Shown: positions 16,803 through 27,782, numbered from the stretch's first letter. The stretch: 64,000 bases of DNA from Chitinophaga pinensis (GCA_943369665.1 CALRNX020000012.1:40501-104500), one strand, 5' to 3'. Translations and numbers: made by a program. The notes: generated by a model not told the origin, from the letters alone.

Positions 16803-17609
16803 ATGAAACAGAGCATTTTTGAAAGCAAAGGATTTAAAAACTTTATGGCAAAAGTTTATGGTATTGGCGCAGCAGTCGTAATTCTTGGAGCACTTTTCAA
16901 GATTAAGCACTGGCCAGGAGCCGATCCGATGTTGATTTTAGGTATGGGTACAGAGGTAATCATCTTTGTTATTTCTGCTTTCGAGCCACCCCACAAAGAA
17001 TACGATTGGTCATTGGTATACCCTGAATTTGCTGGTATTGAATCAGAATCATCTAACAAAAAAAATAAAGCTTCAGGAACTGTTTCTCAACAATTGGATA
17101 AAATGTTGGAAGAAGCTAAAGTTGGTCCTGAGTTGATCGGTAGTTTAGGTTCTGGTTTAAAATCACTAAGCGAAAATGTAGGTAACCTTAAAGATCTTTC
17201 TTCTGCTGCAGTAGCTACAGACGAGTATACTAAGAATGTACAAGTTGCTTCTAAATCTGTTTCAGGCTTAAATAGCTCATACAGCCAAGCTGTAGAAGCA
17301 ATGCAAGGAATGGTAAGTGCATCTGAAGGTTCAAAAGAATATGGTATTCAGGTTGAAAAAATGACCAAGAACTTAGCGTCATTGAACTCAGTTTATGAGT
17401 TGGAAATTGCTGAATCAAACAATCACTTAAAATCAATCAACGAGTTTGTTGGTAATTTATCTAAAGTGGTAAACAGCCTTGCTGATTCACAAAAAGAAGC
17501 TGATAATTTCAAAAACGAAATCGGTAAATTATCAGGTAACCTTACTGCATTAAACAATGTGTATGGTAATATGCTTGCTGCTATGAACGTAAACCGTGCA
17601 AGCAACTAA
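16803..17609 (+). CDS. gldL: Gliding motility/T9SS protein GldL
   Basis: Two N-terminal TM helices (FKIKHWPGADPMLILGMGTE) and a coiled-coil C-terminus. Position is consistent with the operon. Confidence 0.9.
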   Translation: MKQSIFESKGFKNFMAKVYGIGAAVVILGALFKIKHWPGADPMLILGMGTEVIIFVISAFEPPHKEYDWSLVYPEFAGIESESSNKKNKASGTVSQQLDKMLEEAKVGPELIGSLGSGLKSLSENVGNLKDLSSAAVATDEYTKNVQVASKSVSGLNSSYSQAVEAMQGMVSASEGSKEYGIQVEKMTKNLASLNSVYELEIAESNNHLKSINEFVGNLSKVVNSLADSQKEADNFKNEIGKLSGNLTALNNVYGNMLAAMNVNRASN

Positions 17610-17667
17610 GCAAACACGACATTAGTTTACATTTTTTTAACAACTCAAATATTAAAAGAAATATAAA

Positions 17668-19221
17668 ATGGCAGGAGGAAATATAAGTCCAAGGCAGAAG
17701 ATGATTAACATGATGTATCTCGTGTTAACAGCTATGCTTGCTTTGAACGTATCGGCTGAGATCTTAAAAGCATTCCACATGGTGGAAGTGAGTATGGATA
17801 AAGCGGGTGTGAATATTGATGAAAAAAACAAAGCAACACTCAAAGGGATTGAGATGTACAATCAAAAGAACCCTGGTGATGCAGTAGGAGCAGAAATTTA
17901 CAAAAAATCTGTTGAGGCTGCAAAAATTGCTGATGAAGGTTCTAAGTATGTTACGGAATTAAAAGAATTGCTGATTGCACAAGCAGATGGCCGTAAAGAA
18001 GGAATACCTGAAGAGGAATTGATGAGAGCAGATAATATCGAAATGCATGCTAACTATTTAATTGTAAAAGATGGCGGAGCAAACGGTGAAGCTTTACGTA
18101 AAAAAATAAATGAAACCCGCGATAAACTAATCGGTTTATTACCAAAAGATAAACAAGGTTTGGTAAAAAGTGACTTGAATACTGAAACAGAAAAAGGTTC
18201 AACTCAAACATGGCAATCAGAAATGTTTGAACATACGCCTTTAGCTGCGGTAGTTGCATTATTATCAAAAACCGTTAATGATATTAAAAACACAGAATCA
18301 CAAGTGTTGGATATTTTGAAAGCAGGTTTAACAGATGATATCGTGATCGTAGAAAACTTTGAAGCCAAAGTAATTCCGAATAACGGAACCTATATTACCT
18401 TGGGTAGCGAGTATTCTGCTGATATCTTCTTGGCAGCATCTACCCGTCAGGAAGCTGATATCAAAGTAGGTGGTGCAACTGTAAAAGTTGAAAATGGCGT
18501 TGGTAAATATACTGTTAACCCTTCTCGTGAAGGCGAGATTGAATACAGTGGTGTGATCACAACCAAGCGTTCAAACGGTAAAATTGAGACATATCCATTT
18601 AAATCAAGCTTTACAGCCTTAAAACCATTAGCGGTAATTTCGGCTACCAAAATGAATGTTGTATACATTGGTTTGGATAACCCGATCTCTGTTTCAGTTC
18701 CCGGATATTCAGCTAATCAGGTACAAGTAAGTTGTGGCCCCGGAGGAACTTTATCAAAAGGTCCGCAAGCTGGAACCTATTTGTTGAGGGTTACTGGAAG
18801 CAGCAGAGAAGTAGAAATATCAGCTTCGGTTAAAGACAGCAAAGGAGTAACTAAGAAAATGGGTATTCAAAATTACAGGGTACGTCCAATTCCTAAACCA
18901 ACTCCAATGTTAGGTTCTATTGAATCGAGTGGTCCGGTTTCTGCAGGTGTTGTAAAATCAGCAGGATTTGTATTTACAACCTTAAAAGATTTCGCATTCG
19001 AAGGTGTTAAGTTTACGCCAACAGAATACTATATCGTTTATCAACCGAAAAAGGGAGATGCAAGAGCAGAAAAAGGTACAGGTTCGGCAATTACTCCGGC
19101 AATCCGTTCTATATTAAATAATGTGAGAACAGGTGATCGTATTACCTTGGCACAAATTAAAGCTGTTGGTCCTGCCGGTCCGGTAATTATACCTTCAGCA
19201 TTAGCTATTGAAGTTAAGTAA
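17668..19221 (+). CDS. gldM: Gliding motility/T9SS protein GldM
   Basis: N-terminus SPRQKMINMMYLVLTAMLALNVS, 517 aa. Position is consistent with the operon. Confidence 0.9.
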   Translation: MAGGNISPRQKMINMMYLVLTAMLALNVSAEILKAFHMVEVSMDKAGVNIDEKNKATLKGIEMYNQKNPGDAVGAEIYKKSVEAAKIADEGSKYVTELKELLIAQADGRKEGIPEEELMRADNIEMHANYLIVKDGGANGEALRKKINETRDKLIGLLPKDKQGLVKSDLNTETEKGSTQTWQSEMFEHTPLAAVVALLSKTVNDIKNTESQVLDILKAGLTDDIVIVENFEAKVIPNNGTYITLGSEYSADIFLAASTRQEADIKVGGATVKVENGVGKYTVNPSREGEIEYSGVITTKRSNGKIETYPFKSSFTALKPLAVISATKMNVVYIGLDNPISVSVPGYSANQVQVSCGPGGTLSKGPQAGTYLLRVTGSSREVEISASVKDSKGVTKKMGIQNYRVRPIPKPTPMLGSIESSGPVSAGVVKSAGFVFTTLKDFAFEGVKFTPTEYYIVYQPKKGDARAEKGTGSAITPAIRSILNNVRTGDRITLAQIKAVGPAGPVIIPSALAIEVK

Positions 19222-19228
19222 TCATTAT

Positions 19229-20080
19229 ATGAAAAAATTAATTTTAACCATCATCACTTCGTTAAGTTTACTGGGTGCTATACAAGCTCAGGGAGTTTAT
19301 GATGATTTTATTTACACACGTCAGGCGGTTCAGGAGCGTAAAGTGATACCTTGGCCTTATCTGCGCGAGGCAGATGTTTTTTGGGCAAAACGTATTACTC
19401 GGGTAATTGATGTACGTGAAAAACAAAACCAATGTATGCAATGGCCTAAAAATCCATTGAGCTTGGTATTGTACAATGCCGTAAGAGATGGAAAATTAAT
19501 TCCGTATAATGATGATTCACTCAGATCCGTAATGACAGTTGAAGAATTTCTTGCAAGAGGTTCCGATACAGATTACGTTGAAACAGCAATTGACCCTGAA
19601 GATCCTACATTAACCCGTATGGATACAATTGCCACTCCTTTCCGTCCTGAAGAAAAGATCAAAAAATACAGGGTATTGGAAGATTGGATCTTCGACAAAA
19701 AGGAATCGAGAATGTATGTACGTATCATTGCAATTGCTCCTCAATATAGCCCTAAAGTGGCAGGTATCGAATTGGGTGAACAAGATTTGTGTGTGTTGAA
19801 ATATCATAAATCGCCTGATGATGCAGATCAAAATGATTTGCGCGAAATCATGGTAGGAATGGAAGTATTTAACCGCCAAAATGATGCTGCCCGATTAACC
19901 TTTGATGATTGGTTTGAACAGCGATTGTTTAGCAGTTATATTATCAAGGAGTCTAATCAATACGATAATAAGATCAAAGAATACGAAGAATTTAAAGACA
20001 ATAAAGTCGCAGCCATGTTAGAGTCAGAAAGAATTAAAAATACACTTTTTGAAATGGAACATGATGTTTGGGAATACTAA
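19229..20080 (+). CDS. gldN: Gliding motility/T9SS protein GldN
   Basis: Signal peptide MKKLILTIITSLSLLGAIQAQG from the ATG at 19229 (the ORF-track TTG at 19208 overlaps gldM). It is the last gene of gldKLMN. Confidence 0.9.
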   Translation: MKKLILTIITSLSLLGAIQAQGVYDDFIYTRQAVQERKVIPWPYLREADVFWAKRITRVIDVREKQNQCMQWPKNPLSLVLYNAVRDGKLIPYNDDSLRSVMTVEEFLARGSDTDYVETAIDPEDPTLTRMDTIATPFRPEEKIKKYRVLEDWIFDKKESRMYVRIIAIAPQYSPKVAGIELGEQDLCVLKYHKSPDDADQNDLREIMVGMEVFNRQNDAARLTFDDWFEQRLFSSYIIKESNQYDNKIKEYEEFKDNKVAAMLESERIKNTLFEMEHDVWEY

Positions 20081-20096
20081 GTCTGATCATGAACTT

Positions 20097-20138
20097 AAAA
20101 GCCCCGCCCCGCATATTGCGAAGGCGGGGCTTTTTTTG
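20097..20138 (+). terminator. Rho-independent terminator after gldN
   Basis: GCCCCGCC (20101-20108) pairs with GGCGGGGC (20123-20130), followed by TTTTTTT. Confidence 0.85.
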
Positions 20139-20347
20139 TATTGATAGGTTGTGGCAGGTTTTATTGTCATATGTTTTTATCTAACAACCAATGCTGATGG
20201 ATGTCGGTATACTGTAATATAATAACGGTTGATGTTTTAGATGGTATGGCCAAATAACAATTAAAGCACTTTGTTGGCCAACTTAACCGGCCAATTTCAT
20301 TAGCCGGATCAACACAAAATGGCATAAATATATATTTGGCAAAAGTA

Positions 20348-20377
20348 TTGACGCATTGCCGGCAAATATTATTTTTG
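20348..20377 (+). promoter_or_regulatory. Candidate Bacteroidetes sigma-A promoter for clpPX
   Basis: TTG at 20348-20350, a 19-nt spacer, then TATTTTTG at 20370-20377, 20 nt before the clpP ATG. Confidence 0.35.
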
Positions 20378-20396
20378 ACCTAAACACAAACACGAT

Positions 20397-21086
20397 ATGA
20401 TAGACGGAAAAGAATTTAGAAAATATGCTGTGAAACATCACGGAATAAGCAGCATGAAAGTAGATACTTATATTGAAAGTACTGTGCAGGATATGACCCG
20501 CACAGTGATCGAAGAGCGACCGATGAATTTTAGAGAGATTGACGTATTCTCGCGGTTAATGGCCGACAGGATTATCTTTCTTGGAATGCCGATTGATGAT
20601 TACGTAGCGAATATTATTCAGGCGCAACTTTTGTTTTTGGATTCACAGGACGCTCGCAGAGATATTCAAATGTATATTAATTCTCCGGGAGGTTCGGTAT
20701 ATGCCGGCTTAGGTATTTATGATACCATGCAATGGGTAAATCCGGATGTAGCGACTATTTGTACAGGATTGGCAGCATCAATGGGTGCCGTATTATTATG
20801 TGCAGGTGCTGCGGGAAAACGTACAGCATTGCGCCATGCACGAGTGATGATCCATCAACCATTGGGTGGAGCGCAAGGACAAGCTTCGGATATCGAAATT
20901 ACAGCTCGTGAAATTCAAAAATTGAAAAGCGAATTGTATACAATTATCTCTTCGCACTCTGGTCAGTCGTTTGAGAAAGTGCAAGCAGACAGTGACAGGG
21001 ATTATTGGATGATTGCACAAGAAGCAAAAGAATACGGAATGATTGATGACGTATTGATTAAAAATAAACCGACAGACAAAAAATAA
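20397..21086 (+). CDS. clpP: ATP-dependent Clp protease proteolytic subunit
   Basis: [18 protein letters not shown] and MIHQPLGG motifs, plus the Bacteroidota-type N-terminal extension. Confidence 0.95.
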   Translation: MIDGKEFRKYAVKHHGISSMKVDTYIESTVQDMTRTVIEERPMNFREIDVFSRLMADRIIFLGMPIDDYVANIIQAQLLFLDSQDARRDIQMYINSPGGSVYAGLGIYDTMQWVNPDVATICTGLAASMGAVLLCAGAAGKRTALRHARVMIHQPLGGAQGQASDIEITAREIQKLKSELYTIISSHSGQSFEKVQADSDRDYWMIAQEAKEYGMIDDVLIKNKPTDKK

Positions 21087-22330
21087 TGGCAAAAGGGGTG
21101 AAGGACGATAAGTGTTCGTTTTGTGGCAGAAGTAAAGACGAAACGGAATTTCTCATATCAGGGATCAGTGGATATATATGCGACCAATGCGTGGATCAGG
21201 CATTCAAATTGGTACATGAAGATTTGCGCAAAGAAAAGGATACACTCATTCCTTCTTCGGAAATAAATGTGCTGAAACCTGCCGAAATTAAAAGCCATTT
21301 GGATGAATACGTCATAGGACAGGACGAGGCGAAAAAGGTTTTGGCAGTGGCGGTTTACAATCATTTTAAACGTATTCGCTTTAAGGATACCGTGAATGAT
21401 GTAGAGTTGGAAAAGTCAAATATTTTGATGGTGGGAGAAACAGGAACCGGAAAAACACTTTTGGCTAAGACACTTGCCAAAATATTAAAGGTTCCGTTTT
21501 GTATTGCCGATGCCACTGTATTAACAGAAGCCGGATATGTGGGAGAAGACGTGGAAAGTATTTTGTCTCGCTTACTGCAGGCTGCAGATTATAATGTAGC
21601 GGCAGCTGAACGCGGAATTGTGTATGTGGATGAAATTGATAAAATAAGCCGCAAAAGCGATAATCCAAGTATCACCCGTGATGTGAGTGGAGAAGGGGTG
21701 CAACAAGCATTGCTCAAAATATTGGAAGGAACCGTTGCAAGTGTGCCGCCACAAGGAGGCCGCAAGCATCCCGAACAAAAAATGGTACAGATCAATACCG
21801 AAAATATATTGTTTATCTGCGGAGGAGCATTTGAAGGAATCGATAAAATGATCGCCCGCAGGTTGCAAACTCAAGCAATCGGATTTAATTCAGCCGGTTT
21901 GGATATTGATACTTCTGATGAGGCAAATTATTTGCAGTATGTTTCACCGGCAGATTTGCGCACCTATGGTTTGATTCCCGAAATAATTGGTCGTATGCCT
22001 GTATTGTGTCATTTGAATCCGTTGGACAAAGATGCATTGCGGAATATCCTCACCGAACCTAAAAATGCATTGATCAAACAGTATATCAAATTATTCGATT
22101 TAGAAGGCATAAAGCTGACCATTGATGACGAAGTGATTGATTTAATTGTAGACAAAGCTTTTGAATTTAAACTCGGAGCCCGCGGATTGCGTAGCATTTG
22201 TGAGGCTGTTATGATGGATTATATGTATGATATGCCCTCACAGGAAGAGGTAAAACAATTGCATGTAACATTAAATGAAGCAAATATTCGTATTGAACAA
22301 TTGCGATTGAAGAGTTTGAAGGCAGCTTAG
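21086..22330 (+). CDS. clpX: ATP-dependent Clp protease ATP-binding subunit ClpX
   Basis: Zinc-finger CSFCGR...CDQC, Walker A GETGTGKT and Walker B VYVDEIDK. Confidence 0.95.
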   Translation: MAKGVKDDKCSFCGRSKDETEFLISGISGYICDQCVDQAFKLVHEDLRKEKDTLIPSSEINVLKPAEIKSHLDEYVIGQDEAKKVLAVAVYNHFKRIRFKDTVNDVELEKSNILMVGETGTGKTLLAKTLAKILKVPFCIADATVLTEAGYVGEDVESILSRLLQAADYNVAAAERGIVYVDEIDKISRKSDNPSITRDVSGEGVQQALLKILEGTVASVPPQGGRKHPEQKMVQINTENILFICGGAFEGIDKMIARRLQTQAIGFNSAGLDIDTSDEANYLQYVSPADLRTYGLIPEIIGRMPVLCHLNPLDKDALRNILTEPKNALIKQYIKLFDLEGIKLTIDDEVIDLIVDKAFEFKLGARGLRSICEAVMMDYMYDMPSQEEVKQLHVTLNEANIRIEQLRLKSLKAA

Positions 22331-22352
22331 GTTTCAGCCAAAATAATTTACC

Positions 22353-22383
22353 AAAACGCATACATTCGTGTATGCGTTTTTTT
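22353..22383 (+). terminator. Rho-independent terminator after clpX
   Basis: Perfect 12-bp stem AAAACGCATACA / TGTATGCGTTTT with loop TTCG and a T-run. The 3' arm contains the ATG at 22372 of the next gene. Confidence 0.75.
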
Positions 22384-23754
22384 ATTGTCTTTTTCGCGCT
22401 AAATGTATTGTGTGCCCATGCCCAGGTAACCGTTCAAATCACCTCGTTGCCGGGCACTACACCACCCAATCCTGTTTTGTTCATTGCAGGATCGTTTAAT
22501 CAGTGGAATCCGGCCGATTCTGCTTTTATGTTTACCAAAGCAGGCCCCAATTATGAAGTTGTATTACCACCCCAAAATGGAGTCGTGAAGTTTAAAGTAA
22601 CAAGGGGTAGCTGGCAAACTTGTGAAGGCACTGTCAATGGTGGACAAATAGCAGATCGAAGTTTTACGTATACACAAGGTTTGATAATGCCGATCCAAAT
22701 TGCAGGATGGGAGGCAACCCCGAGTACCGCCTCCACGGCATTGCCAAATGTGAAAGTAGTGAGTGATGTTTTTTTTATTCCACAGCTCAATCGAACGCGT
22801 AAGGTTTCAATTTATTTGCCCAACAATTATGATAGCAATTCAACGGAAAGATATCCTGTATTGTATATGCACGATGGACAAAATCTGTTTGATGAGGCAT
22901 CTTCTTTTTCAGGCGAATGGGGAGTAGATGAAACGCTAAGTGCCAGGGAAAAATCCGGTCGTAAATCTTGTATCGTTGTAGCCATTGACAATGGAGGTGT
23001 GAGTAGGTTGGAGGAATATGCTGCTTTTGCAAATCCTCAATATGGCGGTGGTCGGGGTGAACCGTATGTTTCGTTTTTGGTAAACACCCTGAAGCCTTTT
23101 ATTGATTCGGCATACCGGACCTTGCCGCAACGAGATTTTACGGCTATTGCCGGCAGTTCGATGGGAGGTTTGATCTCCATGTATGCTGCCATTGCGTACC
23201 CGGAAGTGTATAGCAAAGTCGGACTGTTTTCGCCTTCTTTTTGGTTTAGCGATTCATTGTTTACATATGTGGCATCGAAACCTAAAACGGCAGACACCCG
23301 ATTTTACATTGTTGCCGGAATAAATGAAAGTGAAACGATGGTGAGGTACATCGACAGCATGATCGTATTGCTTAATGCAAATGGGCATTCAAATGCGCAT
23401 ATCCTTAAATCTTTGAAAGCAGATGGTGCGCATCGCGAATGGTTTTGGAAACGCGAGTTTGGTCCATGTTATGATTGGCTTTTCAGTGATTGGAATACGG
23501 GGTTACGTTCACAAAAGGTTAATACAGAAAGTGATATTATGATTTACCCGAATCCGGCAAAGGATTCTTTTTCCATCACTCCGGGTGATGCCATATCCAT
23601 TCAATTGATCGATAAAAAGGGGAAAGTATTGCATACATGGAATCATGTAAAGGCAAATACTCCCGTGTCTATCAATAAGTATAAGGCCGGACACTATATA
23701 TTGAAAATACGAACACAACATACAAGCACCCAAACAAAATTTGTTATTGAGTAA
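22372..23754 (+). CDS. Secreted esterase-family alpha/beta hydrolase with an N-terminal beta-sandwich (CBM-like) domain and a T9SS C-terminal sorting domain
   Basis: Signal peptide and the nucleophile elbow GSSMGG. The C-terminus IYPNPAKDSFSI...KFVIE is typical of a type A T9SS CTD. Confidence 0.7.
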   Translation: MRFFIVFFALNVLCAHAQVTVQITSLPGTTPPNPVLFIAGSFNQWNPADSAFMFTKAGPNYEVVLPPQNGVVKFKVTRGSWQTCEGTVNGGQIADRSFTYTQGLIMPIQIAGWEATPSTASTALPNVKVVSDVFFIPQLNRTRKVSIYLPNNYDSNSTERYPVLYMHDGQNLFDEASSFSGEWGVDETLSAREKSGRKSCIVVAIDNGGVSRLEEYAAFANPQYGGGRGEPYVSFLVNTLKPFIDSAYRTLPQRDFTAIAGSSMGGLISMYAAIAYPEVYSKVGLFSPSFWFSDSLFTYVASKPKTADTRFYIVAGINESETMVRYIDSMIVLLNANGHSNAHILKSLKADGAHREWFWKREFGPCYDWLFSDWNTGLRSQKVNTESDIMIYPNPAKDSFSITPGDAISIQLIDKKGKVLHTWNHVKANTPVSINKYKAGHYILKIRTQHTSTQTKFVIE

Positions 23755-23832
23755 AGGTTGCGCTGTAACTAACTTTTCCACCTTTTTAGCACAGTGAGTA
23801 TTTGTTGCGCAAATTCATATAATTTGCATGCT

Positions 23833-25242
23833 ATGAGCACAACACTCAATAACAAAAAGATAATTAATGCCTGGTCCATGTATGATTGGGCGAATTCGGT
23901 GTTTTCCCTCACTATTGCTACGGCCATATTTCCCCCTTATTATGAGGCAATGAGTAAACAAGCGGCCATATCATTTGGCAGTGATATTCGCGGTCCTTAT
24001 TATATTGATTTTTTTGGGCATAAAATTTTAAACAGTGCCTTGTATTCATATGCATTATCATTAGGATTCTTATTGGTAACAATTTTAAGTCCGCTGCTTT
24101 CGGGTATAGCCGATGCGCGGGGCAATAAAAAATTCTTTCTTAAATTATTCTGTTATATTGGAGCAGTAGCCTGCATGTTATTGTATTTTTTTACAGCATC
24201 CAATTTGTTGTTCGGGCTCCTGTTATTTGTTATTGGTTTGGTGGGGTTTGGCGGCAGTATTGTGTATTACAATGCATTTTTACCCGAAATAACTACCGAA
24301 GATCAGTTTGATAAAGTAAGTGCGAAGGGTTTTTCAATGGGGTATATTGGAAGTGTATTATTACTTATCATCGATTTAATCTTAATCATGAAACCTGAAT
24401 GGTTTTTTCCGGTAGAAACCAAGGTGAACGAAATATTAGCGGCCAACAGTGGGATTTCGCTCGAAGAAGCGACCAAAGAAGCTAAAAGTTATTACGAAGG
24501 GATCGCCAGCAGGTTATCTTTTGTGTCGGTAGGATTATGGTGGGCAGGTTGGGCACAAATACCTTTTAAATATTTACCAGAGACGAAAAATTTAAATGAT
24601 AAGATCAAGAATCCTTTTTCGAAAGGATTTGAAGAGTTGCGCAAAGTATTAAATGAAGTAAGAACCTATAACAGCCATAACCATATTAAACGTTACTTGT
24701 GGGGATTCTTTTTCACCAGCATGGGGTTGCAAACCGTAATGTATGTGGCTACCATTTTTGGGTCACAGGAGTTGCATTTGCAAACTGCGGAACTCATCGT
24801 TACGGTATTGATCATTCAATTGATCGCCATATTGGGCGCCTGGTTATTTGCAAAAGTGTCTGCCAGGATCGGGAATATCTACACATTGTTGATCATGATT
24901 GGAATATGGATAGGCATATGCGCCTACGCTTTTAATATAGGAACGGCCCAGGAGTTTTATGGATTAGCTGTCGTTGTGGGTTTTGTGATGGGAGGGATTC
25001 AATCGATGTTTCGGTCAACCTACGCTAAAATTATTCCAAATGAAACCCATAACCATGCATCTTACTTTAGTTTTTACGATGTATCTGAAAAGTTAGCCAT
25101 TGTAATAGGCACCTTTAGTTATGGTTTTTTGTTGCAGCTTACCGGAAATATGCGTGCTTCCATTTTAGCTTTAGCAATATATTTTATTATCGGATTGTTT
25201 TTTATTGCCCGAATTAAAAACTTCAAAACCCTAAATCCTTAA
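23833..25242 (+). CDS. MFS transporter, UMF1/Atg22-like family
   Basis: NAWSMYDWANSVF N-terminal motif and about 12 TM helices. The start was moved to the ATG at 23833. Confidence 0.75.
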   Translation: MSTTLNNKKIINAWSMYDWANSVFSLTIATAIFPPYYEAMSKQAAISFGSDIRGPYYIDFFGHKILNSALYSYALSLGFLLVTILSPLLSGIADARGNKKFFLKLFCYIGAVACMLLYFFTASNLLFGLLLFVIGLVGFGGSIVYYNAFLPEITTEDQFDKVSAKGFSMGYIGSVLLLIIDLILIMKPEWFFPVETKVNEILAANSGISLEEATKEAKSYYEGIASRLSFVSVGLWWAGWAQIPFKYLPETKNLNDKIKNPFSKGFEELRKVLNEVRTYNSHNHIKRYLWGFFFTSMGLQTVMYVATIFGSQELHLQTAELIVTVLIIQLIAILGAWLFAKVSARIGNIYTLLIMIGIWIGICAYAFNIGTAQEFYGLAVVVGFVMGGIQSMFRSTYAKIIPNETHNHASYFSFYDVSEKLAIVIGTFSYGFLLQLTGNMRASILALAIYFIIGLFFIARIKNFKTLNP

Positions 25243-25961
25243 TGAAAGTAGATTTATTTATTCCGTGTTTTATCGATCAGTTGAGGCCTGAAACAGCTTT
25301 TAACATGATAAAGGTTTTGGAGAAAGCAGGTTGCCAGGTTAATTATAATGTGGAGCAAACATGTTGCGGACAGGCCGCTTTTAATGCGGGACATTGGAAC
25401 GATGCCCGCGAAGTTGCCGAAAAGTTTTTGAGGGAATTTGATCACAACCGTAACTTGGTTTGTCCTGCAGGTTCATGTGTTGGTATGATGCGCAACTCTT
25501 ACGATCTGTTGTTTCAAAATTCATCTTATCATAATAAATTTAAACAGCTTCAAAAGAAAGCATTTGAGTTAAGTGAATTTTTGGTGGATATCATGAAGCA
25601 AACAGAATTTGGCTCCGTATTGTTTGGTAAGGCCACTTATCACGATTCATGCAGTGCGTTAAGAGAATGCAGGATTAAATCCCAACCCCGAGAACTGTTA
25701 AAAAATGTACAGGGATTGGAACTGATTGAAATGCAGGATTGCGAAACCTGTTGTGGATTTGGTGGAACATTTGCTGTTAAAAATGAACCTATTTCGGTGA
25801 GTTTGGCCGAACAAAAAATCGAAAACATTTTGGCAACCGGAGCAGAATATGTTATCTCCACCGATTATTCCTGCTTGCTGCAATTGGATAGTGTTATCAA
25901 AAAAAGAGAATTACCGATCAAATCACTTCATATAGCCGATGTGCTTGCTGCAGGCTTGTAA
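25242..25961 (+). CDS. (Fe-S)-binding CCG-domain protein, LutA/GlcF-like
   Basis: Two cysteine-rich CCG motifs (EQTCCGQ, CETCCGFGG). 239 aa. Confidence 0.8.
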   Translation: MKVDLFIPCFIDQLRPETAFNMIKVLEKAGCQVNYNVEQTCCGQAAFNAGHWNDAREVAEKFLREFDHNRNLVCPAGSCVGMMRNSYDLLFQNSSYHNKFKQLQKKAFELSEFLVDIMKQTEFGSVLFGKATYHDSCSALRECRIKSQPRELLKNVQGLELIEMQDCETCCGFGGTFAVKNEPISVSLAEQKIENILATGAEYVISTDYSCLLQLDSVIKKRELPIKSLHIADVLAAGL

Positions 25962-26117
25962 GAAGTAGGTAATCCAAAAATTTCGGGAGAAAGCAGGCAT
26001 TAGGTAAAACAATTCTGGTGGTTTCAGCTACGCTCAATCACCGGAAAGGTATATAAATGTAATTTACGTAATCTGCGGCTATAATATGGTTCGCGACAAT
26101 TAAACTAATTTCAACAA

Positions 26118-27188
26118 ATGAATTTTTCGAGAGAACAACTGCACACGTTTACACAAGCCGTTTTTGAACATTGTGGAATGAATGCTGCAGATGCAAAACT
26201 GAGTGCAGATGTATTGGTAGCGGCCGACATGCGTGGGATTGATTCGCATGGTGTGGCACGTTTGAGCGGATATGTGCGTTTGCAACAAGCCGGTCGTGCC
26301 AATATGAATCCTGATTGGAAAATTATCCACCAAACACCTTCAACTGCAACGATCGATGCGGATGGTGGATTGGGATTGGCCGTTGCCCCCAAAGCGATGG
26401 ATATTGCTATTGAAAAAGCCAAACAAGTTGGAACAGGATGGGTAGCAATTCAACATTCAAATCATTTTGGAATTGCTGCATACCATGCCATGAAAGCGCT
26501 GGAGCACGATATGATCGGTATTGTTATGACCAATGCAAGTCCATTGGTTGCACCCACGCATTCAAAAGAAAGAATGCTGGGAACCAATCCTATTTGTTAT
26601 GCTTTTCCGGCTGGCAAACATCTTCCCATTGTTGTGGATTTGGCAACATCTACTGCAGCAAACGGGAAATTGGAAATTGCACAACGTGCCAATAAAAAGA
26701 TTCCCAAAGGTTGGATCATTGATAAGCAGGGAAGCGATACGGACGATCCGAATGCACTAAAAGAAGGTGGGATTTTATTGCCTTTGGGAAGTGGCGATAC
26801 AAAAGCCGGACATAAAGGATTTGGATTAAGTGCCATTGTCGATTTAATGTGCGGAGTATTGAGCGGAGCAAATTATGGTCCATGGGTTCCTCCCTTTGTG
26901 GCATTTTTGGATCCGGTAAAAAATCAACCGGGTAAGGGAATTGGACATTTTGTGGGTGCCATGCGGGTCGATGCTTTCAGACCGGCCGATGCTTTTAAGC
27001 ACAATATCGACAATTGGATAGAGCGTTTTAAAGCAGCTATACCGATTGATGAACAGTATCCTGTAATTATTCCGGGTGAACCGGAATTTGCTAATGCCAA
27101 AGAAAGGGCTGTAAGTGGAATTCCATTAAATGATCAGGTGGTAACAGACTTGAAAAATCTGGGAGAAAAATTGGGAATAACACTGTAA
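26118..27188 (+). CDS. Ldh-family (malate/L-lactate dehydrogenase type 2) oxidoreductase
   Basis: MRGIDSHGVARL and HSNHFG motifs. 356 aa. Confidence 0.8.
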   Translation: MNFSREQLHTFTQAVFEHCGMNAADAKLSADVLVAADMRGIDSHGVARLSGYVRLQQAGRANMNPDWKIIHQTPSTATIDADGGLGLAVAPKAMDIAIEKAKQVGTGWVAIQHSNHFGIAAYHAMKALEHDMIGIVMTNASPLVAPTHSKERMLGTNPICYAFPAGKHLPIVVDLATSTAANGKLEIAQRANKKIPKGWIIDKQGSDTDDPNALKEGGILLPLGSGDTKAGHKGFGLSAIVDLMCGVLSGANYGPWVPPFVAFLDPVKNQPGKGIGHFVGAMRVDAFRPADAFKHNIDNWIERFKAAIPIDEQYPVIIPGEPEFANAKERAVSGIPLNDQVVTDLKNLGEKLGITL

Positions 27189-27192
27189 AAAG

Positions 27193-27762
27193 ATGCTTCA
27201 AAAAAAAATAATCCTCGCATCCAAATCGCCACGTAGACAAGAACTCATCAAAGGTCTTGAATTACCTTTTGAGGTAAGAACATATGAAGTGGAAGAGTCT
27301 TTTCCGGATGACCTGCAGGCACAGGCTATTCCGGTATACCTGGCTGAAAAAAAAGCATTGGCTTATCCAGATATAATCAACGAGAATGAAATCTTATTAA
27401 CCGCAGATACCATTGTATGGGTAAACGATCACGTGCTTAACAAACCGGAAAGTGAGCAGGAGGCATACCAAATGCTGTCGGAAATTTGTGGTACTGCTCA
27501 TACCGTGTATACCGGAGTGTGTTTGCGCACGCCCAACAATATGATCTCGTTTTATGATAGCAGCGAAGTGTTCATCAAGAAGCTCACGGATGAAGAAATC
27601 TGGCATTATATAAAAGAGTACAAGCCGTTTGACAGGGCGGGCAGCTATGGAATACAGGATTGGTTTGGTTATGTGGCCGTTCAAAAAATCAATGGGTGTT
27701 TTTACAATGTAATGGGATTACCCTTGAGTAAATTGTATGATGAATTGAAAAAAATAAATTAG
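27193..27762 (+). CDS. maf: Maf-like nucleoside triphosphate pyrophosphatase
   Basis: ILASKSPRRQELI N-terminus and the AGSYGIQ motif. Confidence 0.9.
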   Translation: MLQKKIILASKSPRRQELIKGLELPFEVRTYEVEESFPDDLQAQAIPVYLAEKKALAYPDIINENEILLTADTIVWVNDHVLNKPESEQEAYQMLSEICGTAHTVYTGVCLRTPNNMISFYDSSEVFIKKLTDEEIWHYIKEYKPFDRAGSYGIQDWFGYVAVQKINGCFYNVMGLPLSKLYDELKKIN

Positions 27763-27782
27763 ATGGAATCTCCCTTAACCTT

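Noticed and set aside
20336-20352. A sigma-54-like promoter TGGCAAAAGTATTGAC upstream of clpP.
   Set aside because: The -24 TGGCA is present, but the highly conserved -12 GC is GA here. No enhancer-binding protein gene is nearby. The TTG/TAnnTTTG reading fits better.
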